Below the pieces are notes generated by a model that was not told the DNA's origin, did no database searches, and worked only from the letters and a program-made list of their open reading frames with translations. A DNA stretch of 64,000 nt, from assembly GCA_965248445.1 (NCBI GenBank), contig CBDFJG010000001.1, forward strand, positions 288,001 to 352,000, read 5' to 3'. Positions within the stretch are counted from its first letter, which is position 1, and each line of letters starts with the position of its first letter. Shown piece by piece: positions 30,420 to 40,098 of this stretch. Source of the stretch: Planctomycetota bacterium (lineage in GTDB: Bacteria > Planctomycetota > JAJSAM01 > JAJVHW01). Made by a program: the position numbers and the translations under genes.

Positions 30420-32156
30420 ATGATCCGGTGTCGTCAACTCGTGGTGCTGGCCGTGCTGGCCGGCACGCTGCCCGTGGCCGAGACCGCATTCGCCCACGGC
30501 GGCCAGTACCAGCAGCCGCCGCTCTACCGCCCGCGCCCGCGAAAGGGAGTCGGCCCCCTACCCATCGGTCCGCCGTCCCGTCCCACCCGGGGGCCGATCA
30601 CCGGCTCCGAGGTCGGACCGGCGACGACGAAGTCGAGCTACGCGCGGCTGGGTCCGGACGACTGGACAGATTGGTGGCTCTCGCAACGCCGCTCGCTCTT
30701 GAAGGGCCGGTACGTGGCCGCGACCACGCCGTCTGCCGACGGGAGCATGTCAGCCGAGCGTCGTCGCGTGATCGACGCGCTGCTTGCTGCCGTGAACGAC
30801 CGCAACGAGGACGTGGCGACCTCCGCCTTAGTCGCACTCGGGCGACTCGGGGTCAATACGACCGAGCCCGTGCTCGTCAAAGTGCTCGGTGATCCCTCGC
30901 GCACACGGTCCGTCCGCGAGGCCGCGGCGTGCGGACTCGCGCTGCTCGGACGGGGCCGGACCACGAGCGCAGCACCCGCGGCGCTCGAGTCCGTCGCGAT
31001 CACAACGCGGCTTCCCTCGCGACTGCGCGCCATCGCCGTGTATGCCCTGGGGCTGCGCGGAGACGCGGGCTCGCGGGATCTCGTGGCGGCTCTGGCGACC
31101 GCCGCATCGACGGACGTCGACGTCGCCGCGGCGGCCGCATCGTCCCTCGGCCTGATGGACGCACCCGGTGGCGTCGAGGTGCTCGAACGGCTCCTCGAGA
31201 AGGGGCGCACAGATGATCCGGAGCCGGCACTCGTCCGCGCCTACGCGGCGCACGGTCTGGCGGCCGCCGACAGCCGAAGCTCCGTGGATCTCCTGCGCAA
31301 GATGGTCGCCGACGAGGACGCGACAGTGCGGAAGGCGGCGATGCTCGCGCTGACGGCACTCTCCGAACAGGACGACATCGCGTCCGAGCAGGTGCTGCGC
31401 AAGCAACTGAACCGGGATCAGGACGTCACGTGCCGTGACGTTGCCGTGCTGTGCCTCGGACGGCTCGGTCATCGCCGTTCCGTGGCCTTGCTTCGCGATG
31501 CGTGGACCGGCGGACGCGCGGTGCACCCGACGTATGCCGCGACGGCACTCGGGTTCTGGGCGCGCGCACAAGGCAACCTGGCTCCGACCGTGCCCGTCCG
31601 CAAGGCGCTGTCCGGGCAGACCGATCCGTTGCTGCGCGGGGCGGCCACGGTCGCGCTGGCAGTGGCGCGGGACCGCGACGTCGCAGGGTTCCTCATGAGT
31701 GCCGTCGAGGCGCACGGGGATCCGGAGGTGCGCGCCGTCTCGGCGTCCGTGCTGCCCGAGATCGGGCAGAAGGAGGAGATCGCACCGGTGCTCCGCCGCC
31801 TCCTCGCATCGGGAGTCGATCCGCAGGTCCGGCGGGAGGCCGCCGGTGCACTCGGAGCGCTCGGTGACGTGGGGTCGACGCCGGCGCTCGTGCAGGTCAT
31901 CGAGAGCAACGACTCGCTGTTCGAACGAGCGGCAGCGACCATCGCACTCGGACGCATCGGCGGACCGGGCTCGGTGGAACGGCTCCTCGGCATCGTTGAG
32001 AAGGACTCGAACGAGGGCCTGCTTCGCGGACTCGCAGCCGCGTCGCTGGGCATCCTGCTCGAGCACGACGCCGCACGACCGCTGCATCTGGTCGGGCAGG
32101 ATCTCTATTGGGGCGCCGCGACCGATCCCGTGACCGAACTCATGTCCATCCTCTGA
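30420..32156 (+). CDS. secreted HEAT-repeat protein with mature N-terminal HGGQY
   Basis: RBS AGGAGG, signal peptide ending AFA, then HGGQY, a Pro/Gly/Thr linker, WTDWW and many HEAT repeats. Confidence 0.85.
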   Translation: MIRCRQLVVLAVLAGTLPVAETAFAHGGQYQQPPLYRPRPRKGVGPLPIGPPSRPTRGPITGSEVGPATTKSSYARLGPDDWTDWWLSQRRSLLKGRYVAATTPSADGSMSAERRRVIDALLAAVNDRNEDVATSALVALGRLGVNTTEPVLVKVLGDPSRTRSVREAAACGLALLGRGRTTSAAPAALESVAITTRLPSRLRAIAVYALGLRGDAGSRDLVAALATAASTDVDVAAAAASSLGLMDAPGGVEVLERLLEKGRTDDPEPALVRAYAAHGLAAADSRSSVDLLRKMVADEDATVRKAAMLALTALSEQDDIASEQVLRKQLNRDQDVTCRDVAVLCLGRLGHRRSVALLRDAWTGGRAVHPTYAATALGFWARAQGNLAPTVPVRKALSGQTDPLLRGAATVALAVARDRDVAGFLMSAVEAHGDPEVRAVSASVLPEIGQKEEIAPVLRRLLASGVDPQVRREAAGALGALGDVGSTPALVQVIESNDSLFERAAATIALGRIGGPGSVERLLGIVEKDSNEGLLRGLAAASLGILLEHDAARPLHLVGQDLYWGAATDPVTELMSIL

Positions 32157-32181
32157 CATCCGCATCCGGTAGCTTGTCGGG

Positions 32182-32769
32182 ATGAGCGAGAGACACAACC
32201 GTCGCCGACCTCTGTGGCATCGCGTGATCGCCGCCCTGTGTGGAATGGCACTCCTTCTCGGATGCGCGAGCAACTCGTCGCCGGGATCCAATGCGACACA
32301 GTATCCAGAGCGCACGATGCAACTGCTCCGACGGACGGTTGGCGAGTGGACATACGAGTCCGAGGCGATGACCGGTCGACCAGAGCAGCCGCTGGAGAAG
32401 GGCCGCGGCACAGAGAGCGTGCGGCTCGTCGGCAACTGGGCCGTCTTCGAGGGTCGCGTCCCGACCCCGCAAGGAACGATGACGACGCTGCTCACGGTCG
32501 GTCACGACTCCCGGCGGGGTGCTCCGTCGGCGACGTGGGTCGATTCCATGACCGACATGCAGTGGGTGTACGGAGGCACGGTCGACGAGACGGGCACAGT
32601 CCTCACCCTCACGGCGAAGGGCCCGAACTCCCAGTCGGCCGGCAGAGATTTCCTCTACCGCAGCGTGCTCGAGGTCCCCGACTCGGAGAGCCGCGTGCTT
32701 CGGTCGGAGATCCTGACGGACGGCGAGTGGGTCACCTTCCTCACGGCCCGCTACTCGCGCGTTCGGTAG
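32182..32769 (+). CDS. DUF1579 family lipoprotein
   Basis: Lipobox LLGC, VGEWTYE, GTESVR and TWVDSM. Confidence 0.8.
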   Translation: MSERHNRRRPLWHRVIAALCGMALLLGCASNSSPGSNATQYPERTMQLLRRTVGEWTYESEAMTGRPEQPLEKGRGTESVRLVGNWAVFEGRVPTPQGTMTTLLTVGHDSRRGAPSATWVDSMTDMQWVYGGTVDETGTVLTLTAKGPNSQSAGRDFLYRSVLEVPDSESRVLRSEILTDGEWVTFLTARYSRVR

Positions 32770-32892
32770 CGCCAGCTGGGACGGCCCTCCCGAGCGGGTA
32801 TCCTCGCCCCCGCGGCTCGGCCACGGGGAGGGCAGGCGGTCTGCTCCTCCGTTGAGCGTTACTTCTAGGCGGCCGGGAGACCGGAGCCGGTG

Positions 32893-33969
32893 TCACAGCA
32901 GCCGGCGGCGGAACTCCTGGATCACGGGCAGCGCGTCCAGCCACGCTGACGCGTCTGCCCGGTGCGGGTCTTTCGGATGCGGATCCCCGGCGTAACCGTC
33001 GGGGATCTGGCTGTCTCCAGCATCGTGGTACTCGTACCCCGGGATGAACAGGTCGTCGTCCCCGTGGACGTCGAGCGTGCGCACGCCGTACGTCGACAGT
33101 TCAGTCGTCAGCGTCTGCGGTGGGTTGACCCACGCGTGCGTCGGCGACGCCATGAACAGGTACTGGATCTTCCCGTTCTCGGAGCGGACGCGGAACTTGC
33201 GCAGTTCCCCACCGAAGAACTTGCTGACTGAGGCGATCACCTCGAGCACGCCGTTCTTGAAGTCCGGCGCGTAGCCGCGCGCGAAGCGCAGAGATGCGGG
33301 GTCGCCCTTCTTGACGAAGCGCGCCACCCGCCGGCCGCCGTTCACGCGCTCGCGGGATGCCGCCAGTTCGCGAGGCCTCGTGAAGTCGGCATAGGGCTCG
33401 ATGCGCCCGGACGGCCCCTCACGCAGCACGAGCTCGACCGCGCGGTTGTCCTTCCGCCGCTTGGCGCGCCGGCTGACCACGTCCATCGCGGCCTGCATCT
33501 CGAACGGCAGATTCGTGGTCTCCTCGGCGCTCACCAGGTGCTCGCCGTCCGCGTCCCGCTCGACGCGCACGTCGCCCTTCCCGATCCAGTACTCGTCGTG
33601 GTCGTGGACGAAGTGGCTGGCAACGCGCCAAACGAGGGAGGAGTCCTTGTAGAAGATGCGCGGATAGACGTCCCGCACCCGCCCGTTCGCGGCGGGTTGC
33701 ACCACGTACGCGATGAAGAACCCGAGCGCCTCGTTGAAGCGGGAGTTGCTCAGGAAGTAGATCGTGTCGAACAGCCGGATCTCGTGACGAGGCAACCGGC
33801 CGTTGCGCAGAAGCGCGTCCGGGTCGTGACGCGCCGTGCCCGCTGCGCGCAGCCGGGCGCCCTCCGACAGAAGTTCCTGAAACCGCTTGGCGACCTGCGC
33901 GCGCGACCGCACCTCCGGCTCGACACCGGTCACGATCTCGGTCCTCTGCCGCCCGCTGCGCGCCTTCAT
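32893..33969 (-). CDS. conserved hypothetical protein
   Basis: 358-aa ORF with protein-like composition (YPRIFYKDSSLVWRVASH, WIGKGD, PGYEYH). Confidence 0.75.
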   Translation of the reverse strand: MKARSGRQRTEIVTGVEPEVRSRAQVAKRFQELLSEGARLRAAGTARHDPDALLRNGRLPRHEIRLFDTIYFLSNSRFNEALGFFIAYVVQPAANGRVRDVYPRIFYKDSSLVWRVASHFVHDHDEYWIGKGDVRVERDADGEHLVSAEETTNLPFEMQAAMDVVSRRAKRRKDNRAVELVLREGPSGRIEPYADFTRPRELAASRERVNGGRRVARFVKKGDPASLRFARGYAPDFKNGVLEVIASVSKFFGGELRKFRVRSENGKIQYLFMASPTHAWVNPPQTLTTELSTYGVRTLDVHGDDDLFIPGYEYHDAGDSQIPDGYAGDPHPKDPHRADASAWLDALPVIQEFRRRLL

Positions 33970-34005
33970 CGCGAGACGGTACGCAGAAGTGCGCCTCCGC
34001 GGCAG

Positions 34006-34420
34006 TTACCGGCGACCGAACAGCCGCACAAGCCGATCCACCCGCGACTCCGCAACGATCTGCACACCGCGCTCCCGCCGCCAGAGTCGGTGCAACCGCT
34101 TGTCGGCCATGGGCGTCTCGTACGTCGTCCCCAGCGGCTCTCCGATCAACTCTTCATAGTGCTCGGCGAACTCGCCGTAGCCGAAGTTCACGGCCGGCCT
34201 GCACGACACACTGTCGGCAGGCGAGTACATCAGCATGGGTCGATCCTCGAAGAACCGCACGACTCCTCCGATGTCCTCGTGCCGCTCCGGCCAGCCCACG
34301 AGCGCGACAAGCGCGATCGGCGCCCAGACTCGTCCGACGGCCCAACAGAGTCCGAGAAACCGGCGCCGGACGTGCTGCCGTCCGGCCCGCAACGGAACTG
34401 GGGTCTGCGGCACCTGCACG
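34006..34420 (-). CDS. hypothetical protein (start uncertain)
   Basis: The 3' part of ORF 34006..34971 fills the gap and contains a hydrophobic segment. Confidence 0.4.
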
Positions 34421-34486
34421 CGCCATTGGTCGCCCGGCGGAGGCGTTTCTTCCGCGAATACTCGCGAGACCGCCGCTGGTGTACCG

Positions 34487-35074
34487 CTAGCGGCGGGTAC
34501 CGCGACGGCGACCGCCGCGCCGGCCACCGCGTCGACCACTGCGCCGGGCCTTGCGGCCGCCGCGTGACTCCCGCGCCGCTTCGCGTTCCGTCTCGTCGAT
34601 CGTTCCGTCGCCGTTCGTGTCGATCTCGGCCTTGCGCGCGGCTCGCTTGGCCTCGCGGGCTGCGTCGCGCTCGGCTCTGTCGAGCGAGCCGCTGCCGTCG
34701 GTGTCGAACTTCGCGAGCACCTCGGCCTTGCGCGCCTCGCGCGCGGCTTCACGCTCTGGCTGGCTGAGTTCGCCGTCACCGTCGGCGTCGAAGCGATGCA
34801 CCCTCTCGGCGCGCTTCTCCGGCAAGCGCTTGCGCTGACCGCGCTCGGCGCCTCCGCGGCGGCCGCGACGGTCGCGCTGGCCGGCGCGCTCCGCTCTCGC
34901 CGCGGCGATCTCGGCAGCGGAGAGGAGTCCGTCGCCGTTTCCGTCGTGCTTCTCGACGAACTTCTCGGCACGCTCCTGCGCGCTGCGTGGAGCGTCGGTG
35001 TCCTCGGCGGACGCGGCCGGTGCCATGAGTCCGATCAGTCCCGCGAAAACGGCCAGTGTGGTGAGTCTGCTCAT
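34487..35074 (-). CDS. secreted EF-hand calcium-binding protein
   Basis: Signal peptide and four loops: DGNGDGLLSAAE, DADGDGELSQPE, DTDGSGSLDRAE and DTNGDGTIDETE. Confidence 0.88.
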   Translation of the reverse strand: MSRLTTLAVFAGLIGLMAPAASAEDTDAPRSAQERAEKFVEKHDGNGDGLLSAAEIAAARAERAGQRDRRGRRGGAERGQRKRLPEKRAERVHRFDADGDGELSQPEREAAREARKAEVLAKFDTDGSGSLDRAERDAAREAKRAARKAEIDTNGDGTIDETEREAARESRGGRKARRSGRRGGRRGGRRRGTRR

Positions 35075-35197
35075 CGGTGATTCTCCATTCGTGCGATCGA
35101 GCGGCCGGACTTCCCCGGCCGCTCCTCTCCGCCACCGCTTCAACACGCTCGTGAAGCCGAGGTTTCGCGATCGCTTCGGATCGGGTCGCCGCCGGCC

Positions 35198-36124
35198 TCA
35201 CGCCGCCGGTGCCGCCAGCGGCACCGCCTGGACGTCGCCGGACACGAACAGCTCGCGGGTCTCGCGGGCGAAGTCCTCGACCGACTGCGGAGCGCGGCCG
35301 CCGATGCGGGCCACGTCGTCGGTGACCGCGTTGAACACGCCGTCCTGGTGATCCTGCGCCACGTGGGCTAGGTGACCCGCAAGGTACGCCGGGAGGCCGA
35401 CTTGCTCTGTCAGCACCGACTGCCAGGCATCGACCGGCAGGTCCACGTAGGTGACCTCCTTGCCGATCTCGCGCCCGATCGTCTCGGCCATCTCGGCGAT
35501 CGACAGACTGCGCGGTCCGGTCAGCACGTACCGCTGCCCGGCGTGCGGCGCAGGATCCGCAAGGACCGCAGACGCGACCCGTGCGATGTCCGCCGCGGTG
35601 ACCGGCGCGTGCTTCTCGTCACCGTACGGCAGGTAGAGCCGGCCCTCGGTGGCGATCGTGCCGGCACCCAACAGCGTCAGCATCTCTGCGAAGAACGTCG
35701 CCCTCAGGTGCACCGCACCGACGTCGGCCCAGTCGAACAGCTGCTCGGAGAGCCAGTGGGATCGGGAGAGCGGACTCGGCGCGTCCTCGCGAGCCGTGAT
35801 CTGGGAGAGGTTCACGAGGCCGCGGACGCCCGCGTCCTTGGCTGCGACCGCGACGTTGCTCGCGGCGAGCAACAGTTGTGGCAATTCCGGCGGGTAGCAG
35901 AAGTAGACGCGCGAGACGCCCTCCATGGCCTTACGCATCGACTGCAGGTCGTGCAGGTCCCCCACCACGACTTCGGCGCCGAGCGATTCCAGGCGCTCCG
36001 ACCTCTCGTCGAGGCGACGGACCATCGCGCGCACCGGGAGGCCGCGCTCGAGCAGTTGCTGCACGATGGGCGTGCCCGTCTTGCCGGCAGCCGCCGTGAT
36101 CAGGATCTTCTTCGTGTTCGACAT
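35198..36124 (-). CDS. NmrA-family NAD(P)-binding oxidoreductase
   Basis: ILITAAAGKTG Rossmann motif, GAEVVVGDL, HLRATFFAE and LTGPRSLS; RBS AAGGAGG. Confidence 0.9.
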   Translation of the reverse strand: MSNTKKILITAAAGKTGTPIVQQLLERGLPVRAMVRRLDERSERLESLGAEVVVGDLHDLQSMRKAMEGVSRVYFCYPPELPQLLLAASNVAVAAKDAGVRGLVNLSQITAREDAPSPLSRSHWLSEQLFDWADVGAVHLRATFFAEMLTLLGAGTIATEGRLYLPYGDEKHAPVTAADIARVASAVLADPAPHAGQRYVLTGPRSLSIAEMAETIGREIGKEVTYVDLPVDAWQSVLTEQVGLPAYLAGHLAHVAQDHQDGVFNAVTDDVARIGGRAPQSVEDFARETRELFVSGDVQAVPLAAPAA

Positions 36125-36152
36125 CAGAAATCCTCCTTCTGCACCCACTATT

Positions 36153-36168
36153 GAGTGCATATGCACTC
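36153..36168. promoter_or_regulatory. palindromic operator upstream of the NmrA gene (putative MarR site)
   Basis: Perfect 16-bp palindrome GAGTGCATATGCACTC. Confidence 0.75.
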
Positions 36169-36187
36169 TTTGTGCCGGGCTACTCGC

Positions 36188-36652
36188 CTAGGCGCCCCTT
36201 GTGTTCGTGACGACGAGCTGTGCGCCCGCCACCAGGTCGTTCATCTGTGAGGCACCCACCAGCCTTCGCAGGTCTTGCTGCGCCTGCCGCCAGAGCGGGT
36301 ACGCATTCGCCAGCGTCCGCCGGCCCTTCGCGGTGATCAGCAGTTCGCGCACCCGCCGGTCGTCCCCCGCCCGGCTTCGAACCAGACCATCGCGCTCGAG
36401 CGGTTTGAGGTTCCGCGTGAGCGTCGTCCGATCAGTGGCAGCCGCGTCCGCGAGTTCGTTGACCGTAAGAGGCGCCCGGGCGCGCAGGACGGCCAGGAGC
36501 GAGAACTGCGTTGCGCGGAGCCCGGCCGGGCGCAGTGCGTCGTCGTATCGCTGGGTGATCGACCGCGCGGCCTTGCGGAGGCTGAAGCAGGCGCAGGACG
36601 CGGCCTGCCGCAGCTCCTTCTGGCCGATGTCCGCGCGGTCGTCGTTCCTCAT
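36188..36652 (-). CDS. MarR-family transcriptional regulator
   Basis: CACFSLRKAARSITQRYD, GLRATQFSLL, DRTTLTRNLKPL and DRRVR. Confidence 0.92.
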   Translation of the reverse strand: MRNDDRADIGQKELRQAASCACFSLRKAARSITQRYDDALRPAGLRATQFSLLAVLRARAPLTVNELADAAATDRTTLTRNLKPLERDGLVRSRAGDDRRVRELLITAKGRRTLANAYPLWRQAQQDLRRLVGASQMNDLVAGAQLVVTNTRGA

Positions 36653-36658
36653 GGTTAT

Positions 36659-36688
36659 GTGTATATACACTCTTCTGTCCCCCGTCAA
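36659..36688 (-). promoter_or_regulatory. sigma70-like promoter (TTGACG-N17-TATACA) overlapped by palindromic operator GTGTATATACAC
   Basis: -35 at 36688-36683, -10 at 36665-36660, 12-bp palindrome at 36659-36670 and ATG at 36652. Confidence 0.7.
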
Positions 36689-36762
36689 GCCGAAATCTCG
36701 GCGATTCTGAGTTCCCGTCCAGCGCAGGCTCCGCGCTCGCCGCAACTGGGTAAGATGAACGC

Positions 36763-37536
36763 ATGGTCGGTCGAGGATTGTGCGCCACCGCACTGCTGTT
36801 CGTGTCTGCGTTCGCGAGTTCGGAAGCCGCGCACGCCGACGGTCTCGACGACACCATCACGACGGTCCGCCGGCTGGTGCGCGAGGGCGACACCGAGCAG
36901 GCCAGAGTCTGGGTCGACGCGCTCACCGACTCGAAGGACGACCGGTTCGGCGCGCTCTTGCGCGAGCTCTACCGCGCGAAAGACGACGGGATCGCCATCC
37001 ACGCCTGCCGATTGCTGGCCGAGAAAAAGGACGGTCGCTTCCTGGGGACGCTCCATCGGCGGGCGAGGGACGAGGACTTCCGCCAGGAGCGACCATCCGT
37101 GCACCGCGAGTCGATCGCGGCCCTCGGCAAGTACGCGTCGCCCAGCAGCCGGGGCGTGCTCGAGAAAGTCGTCGGACGCGTCCTCGACAGCGATGCGCGC
37201 CTGGCAAGCGTCGGCATCACGTCGTTCGCGCAGATCGAGAAGCGCAGCGTCGTCGACAGCCTGATCAGGTGGCTCGCGCGCACCGAAGCGGTGGACGCGC
37301 CGGACCGCAATGGACCGGGCGGCGGGATGTCTGGCGGCCCGCGCGGCGGCCCTGGCACCGGCACCGGTGGTCGCAAGCAAGGGGAGCAGGCGGCGGCCAG
37401 CGTCCGTGCGGTCGCCGCCCAGGTGCGCGCGACGATCCTCCGCGAACTCAGCCGCATCACCGGCGAGAACCACGCGGACGCCCCGACGTGGCGCAAGTGG
37501 TGGCGCGACCACCGCACTGCGTTCAAGTTCGGCTAG
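36763..37536 (+). CDS. secreted HEAT-like helical protein with Gly-rich insert
   Basis: Signal peptide AAHA, helical repeats and C-terminal LSRITGE....WRKWW. Confidence 0.75.
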   Translation: MVGRGLCATALLFVSAFASSEAAHADGLDDTITTVRRLVREGDTEQARVWVDALTDSKDDRFGALLRELYRAKDDGIAIHACRLLAEKKDGRFLGTLHRRARDEDFRQERPSVHRESIAALGKYASPSSRGVLEKVVGRVLDSDARLASVGITSFAQIEKRSVVDSLIRWLARTEAVDAPDRNGPGGGMSGGPRGGPGTGTGGRKQGEQAAASVRAVAAQVRATILRELSRITGENHADAPTWRKWWRDHRTAFKFG

Positions 37537-37591
37537 GGCTTCGCGTTCAGCTAGCTCGCTCTCTACTGCGCCGAGCGGGTACGTTGGCGCC

Positions 37592-38113
37592 ATGCGATCC
37601 ACGCTCGCGACCGCACTGCTCGCCTTCGCGGCCGTGGCGATCCCGGGAGGCTGCGCCGTGACACATCACGATCAGGGGGGATCGGCGCGCCACGACGTCG
37701 GCGACGTCGGCGCCGTGCTCGACGACTTCCACCAGGCCGCCGGCGAGGCCGACAGCGCCCGCTACTTCGCGCACTTCGCGCCGGACGGCGTGTTCATCGG
37801 AACCGACGCGACCGAGCGCTGGACTGTCGAGGAGTTTCGCGCGTACGCCGAGCCCTACTTCTCGAAGGGTCAGGGCTGGTCGTACAGCCCGCTCGAGCGG
37901 CACGTCGAGTTCTCTCGCGACGAGACGGTCGCTTGGTTCGACGAGCGTCTCTGGAACGAGAGCTACGGCGAGGTCCGCGGCTCGGGAGTTCTGCGGCGCA
38001 TCGGCGGCCGCTGGAGCATCTCGCAGTACGTGCTCAGCTTCCCGGTCCCCAACGACGTGGCGAAGGAGGTTGTGCGGGTCATCCGCGACGACCTCGAGAG
38101 CGCGCCACCGTAG
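37592..38113 (+). CDS. SnoaL/NTF2-like lipoprotein
   Basis: PGGC lipobox-like, LDDFHQAA, FIGTDATERW, AWFDERL and RGSGVL. Confidence 0.85.
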   Translation: MRSTLATALLAFAAVAIPGGCAVTHHDQGGSARHDVGDVGAVLDDFHQAAGEADSARYFAHFAPDGVFIGTDATERWTVEEFRAYAEPYFSKGQGWSYSPLERHVEFSRDETVAWFDERLWNESYGEVRGSGVLRRIGGRWSISQYVLSFPVPNDVAKEVVRVIRDDLESAPP

Positions 38114-38120
38114 AATCGGG

Positions 38121-39215
38121 CTACTGGATGTTCGGCGGGTCGGAGTCCCCGAACTTGTTTCCCGTGTAGGTGTTCGCCGAGGGGACGTCGCCCGACTCGT
38201 CGTTGATGTCGAACTTCAGGCTCCCTTTGATCTTGTTGTTCGTGACGGTGTTCCCGCCCGCACCGAATTCGAACTCGAGACCGCTGTCGCGCGAGCGAGT
38301 GATCTTGTTGTTCTCGAACGTGTTTCCGGTGCCTTCGACATCCACGCCGTCGTCGACGCTCTGCGTGATCTTGTTGCCGCGATACGTGGAACCGTCGCCG
38401 TCGGCGTCGATTCCGTCATTTCCCGCGCGCCGGATTTTGTTTCCCTCGTACGTGTTGTTGCCGCCCTCGTCGTCGAGTCCATCGTCAGACGGTCTGACGA
38501 TGTTGTTGTTGCGAGCGGTGTTGCCGCTGGCGTCGTCGTTGAACTGAATCGCGTCGGACTCGGTGATCTTGATCGTGTTCTTCTCGAAGAGGTTCCCCGT
38601 ACCGTCATCGACCTCGAGACCGTCGTCGTTCGTGCCCGTGACCTTGGTGCGGCGAACCGTGTTGTCGTCGCCGATACACACCTCGACGCCATCCCCCTCG
38701 ATGCGCTTCATCGAGCACTTCTCGATCATGCCGTTGTCGGAAGAATCCGTGAGGCGCACGGCGTCTCCTTCGATGAGCTCGAACCTCGTCTTCTCGACAA
38801 TCACGCGGTTCGAAGCTTCGACCCGCACGCCGTCACCGCCGCAAGCGTCGACGCGGCACTTCGACAGCGTGACGTCGTTCGAATTCTGGATCAGGAAGCC
38901 GTTCAGGTCGGCGCCCTCGACCCGGATCTTCTTGATCAGGATGTCGTTGCAGGTCGTGACGGTCAGCGCGGTTCCCGCACCACCGTCGATGATCACCTTG
39001 CCCTTGCCGCAGATCGTGATGTTGTTGTTCCCGTCGATGACGACGTTCTCGGGGTAGGTGCCCTTCTTCACGATGATCGTGTCGCCGTCGCCGGCCAGGT
39101 CGACGGCGCCCTGGATCGTGTCCGAGCTGCCAGGCACCGTGAGCTCAACGGCTCGCGCCAGAGACGTCAGCGACAAGAGACTCACCGAGAACACTGCACA
39201 AAAGATCCAACGCAT
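38121..39215 (-). CDS. secreted right-handed beta-helix (pectin-lyase-like) repeat protein
   Basis: Signal peptide, TIQGAVD...GDTIIVKKGTY and regular DG(I/L/V)...N...N.I repeats. Confidence 0.88.
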   Translation of the reverse strand: MRWIFCAVFSVSLLSLTSLARAVELTVPGSSDTIQGAVDLAGDGDTIIVKKGTYPENVVIDGNNNITICGKGKVIIDGGAGTALTVTTCNDILIKKIRVEGADLNGFLIQNSNDVTLSKCRVDACGGDGVRVEASNRVIVEKTRFELIEGDAVRLTDSSDNGMIEKCSMKRIEGDGVEVCIGDDNTVRRTKVTGTNDDGLEVDDGTGNLFEKNTIKITESDAIQFNDDASGNTARNNNIVRPSDDGLDDEGGNNTYEGNKIRRAGNDGIDADGDGSTYRGNKITQSVDDGVDVEGTGNTFENNKITRSRDSGLEFEFGAGGNTVTNNKIKGSLKFDINDESGDVPSANTYTGNKFGDSDPPNIQ

Positions 39216-39435
39216 CGTGATACCTCCGCGCGACCCCTGTCCGGCCGTCCGGCCGGGGTGCGCGCGCACGACGTGCTCCGTATGATCACGCCGCCGCAAC
39301 GCTCACGTCGCCCCTCTGGTCGCAGAGTCAGGGTGCCAGAACCACCGGCGCCGATCCACGGCGGGACCGAACGCGCGGCCCTTCGAGCCCAAGAGAGCGC
39401 AGGCCTGCGCAGCAATCGGATGCGACTATGTCGTG

Positions 39436-40024
39436 GTGCCGACCATCTTCACGCACGCCGTCCTGGCCGCCGGAGCGTTCACGCTCGTGTCGAACGGGCG
39501 TCGCGGCGCGCGGCTCGGAGCGTGTGTCGCCGCCGGGCTCTCCATGCTCCCCGACGGGGACGTGCTGTGGTGGAACCTGACGTCGTACGGAGAACCGTGG
39601 GGCCACCGCGGCATGACGCACTCGCTCTTCGCCGCGGTGGTCCTGGGCGCCGCGGCGGCGCCGCTGGTGCGGCGCCGCATCGACTTCCCCGGCGCAGAGT
39701 GGGGACTGTTCGCGCTCTTCGCGGCGGTGACGGCCTCCCACGGGCTACTCGATTCCCTGACCGATGGCGGGCGCGGGATCGGCTTCTTCCTTCCCTTCGA
39801 CGAGACGCGGTACTTCCTGCCCGTGCAGCCGGTACCCGTGGCGCCGATCAGTGCGAACCTCCTCTCGCCATGGCTCTGGCGTGTGCTGGCCGGTCGAGGT
39901 GCTGCTGTTCTGGCCGCTGGCGGCAGCTATGGCCTGGGGCCGACCGCCGCGCCGGCGCGTCCACGCCGCCCTGCTCGTGGCGGCTCTCACGGCGAGCGCG
40001 GCGACCTGGGCCGTCCGCATCTAG
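39436..40024 (+). CDS. YdjM-like metal-dependent hydrolase with apparent +1 frameshift near 39890
   Basis: TH, LPDGD, GHRGMTHS and SHGLLDSLTDGG motifs. The C-terminal TM segment VEVLLFWPL... lies in the neighbouring frame and ends at 40024. Confidence 0.8.
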
Positions 40025-40041
40025 AACGCGCTCGGCAAACG

Positions 40042-40077
40042 AAAAGGGCCCCCGCCACGCGCCGCGTCGCGGGGGCC
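40042..40077 (-). terminator. rho-independent terminator
   Basis: GGCCCCCGC...GCGGGGGCC stem followed by TTTT on the minus strand, downstream of the gene ending at 40099. Confidence 0.75.
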
Positions 40078-40098
40078 GTCGTTGCTATCCGTGAGGGC

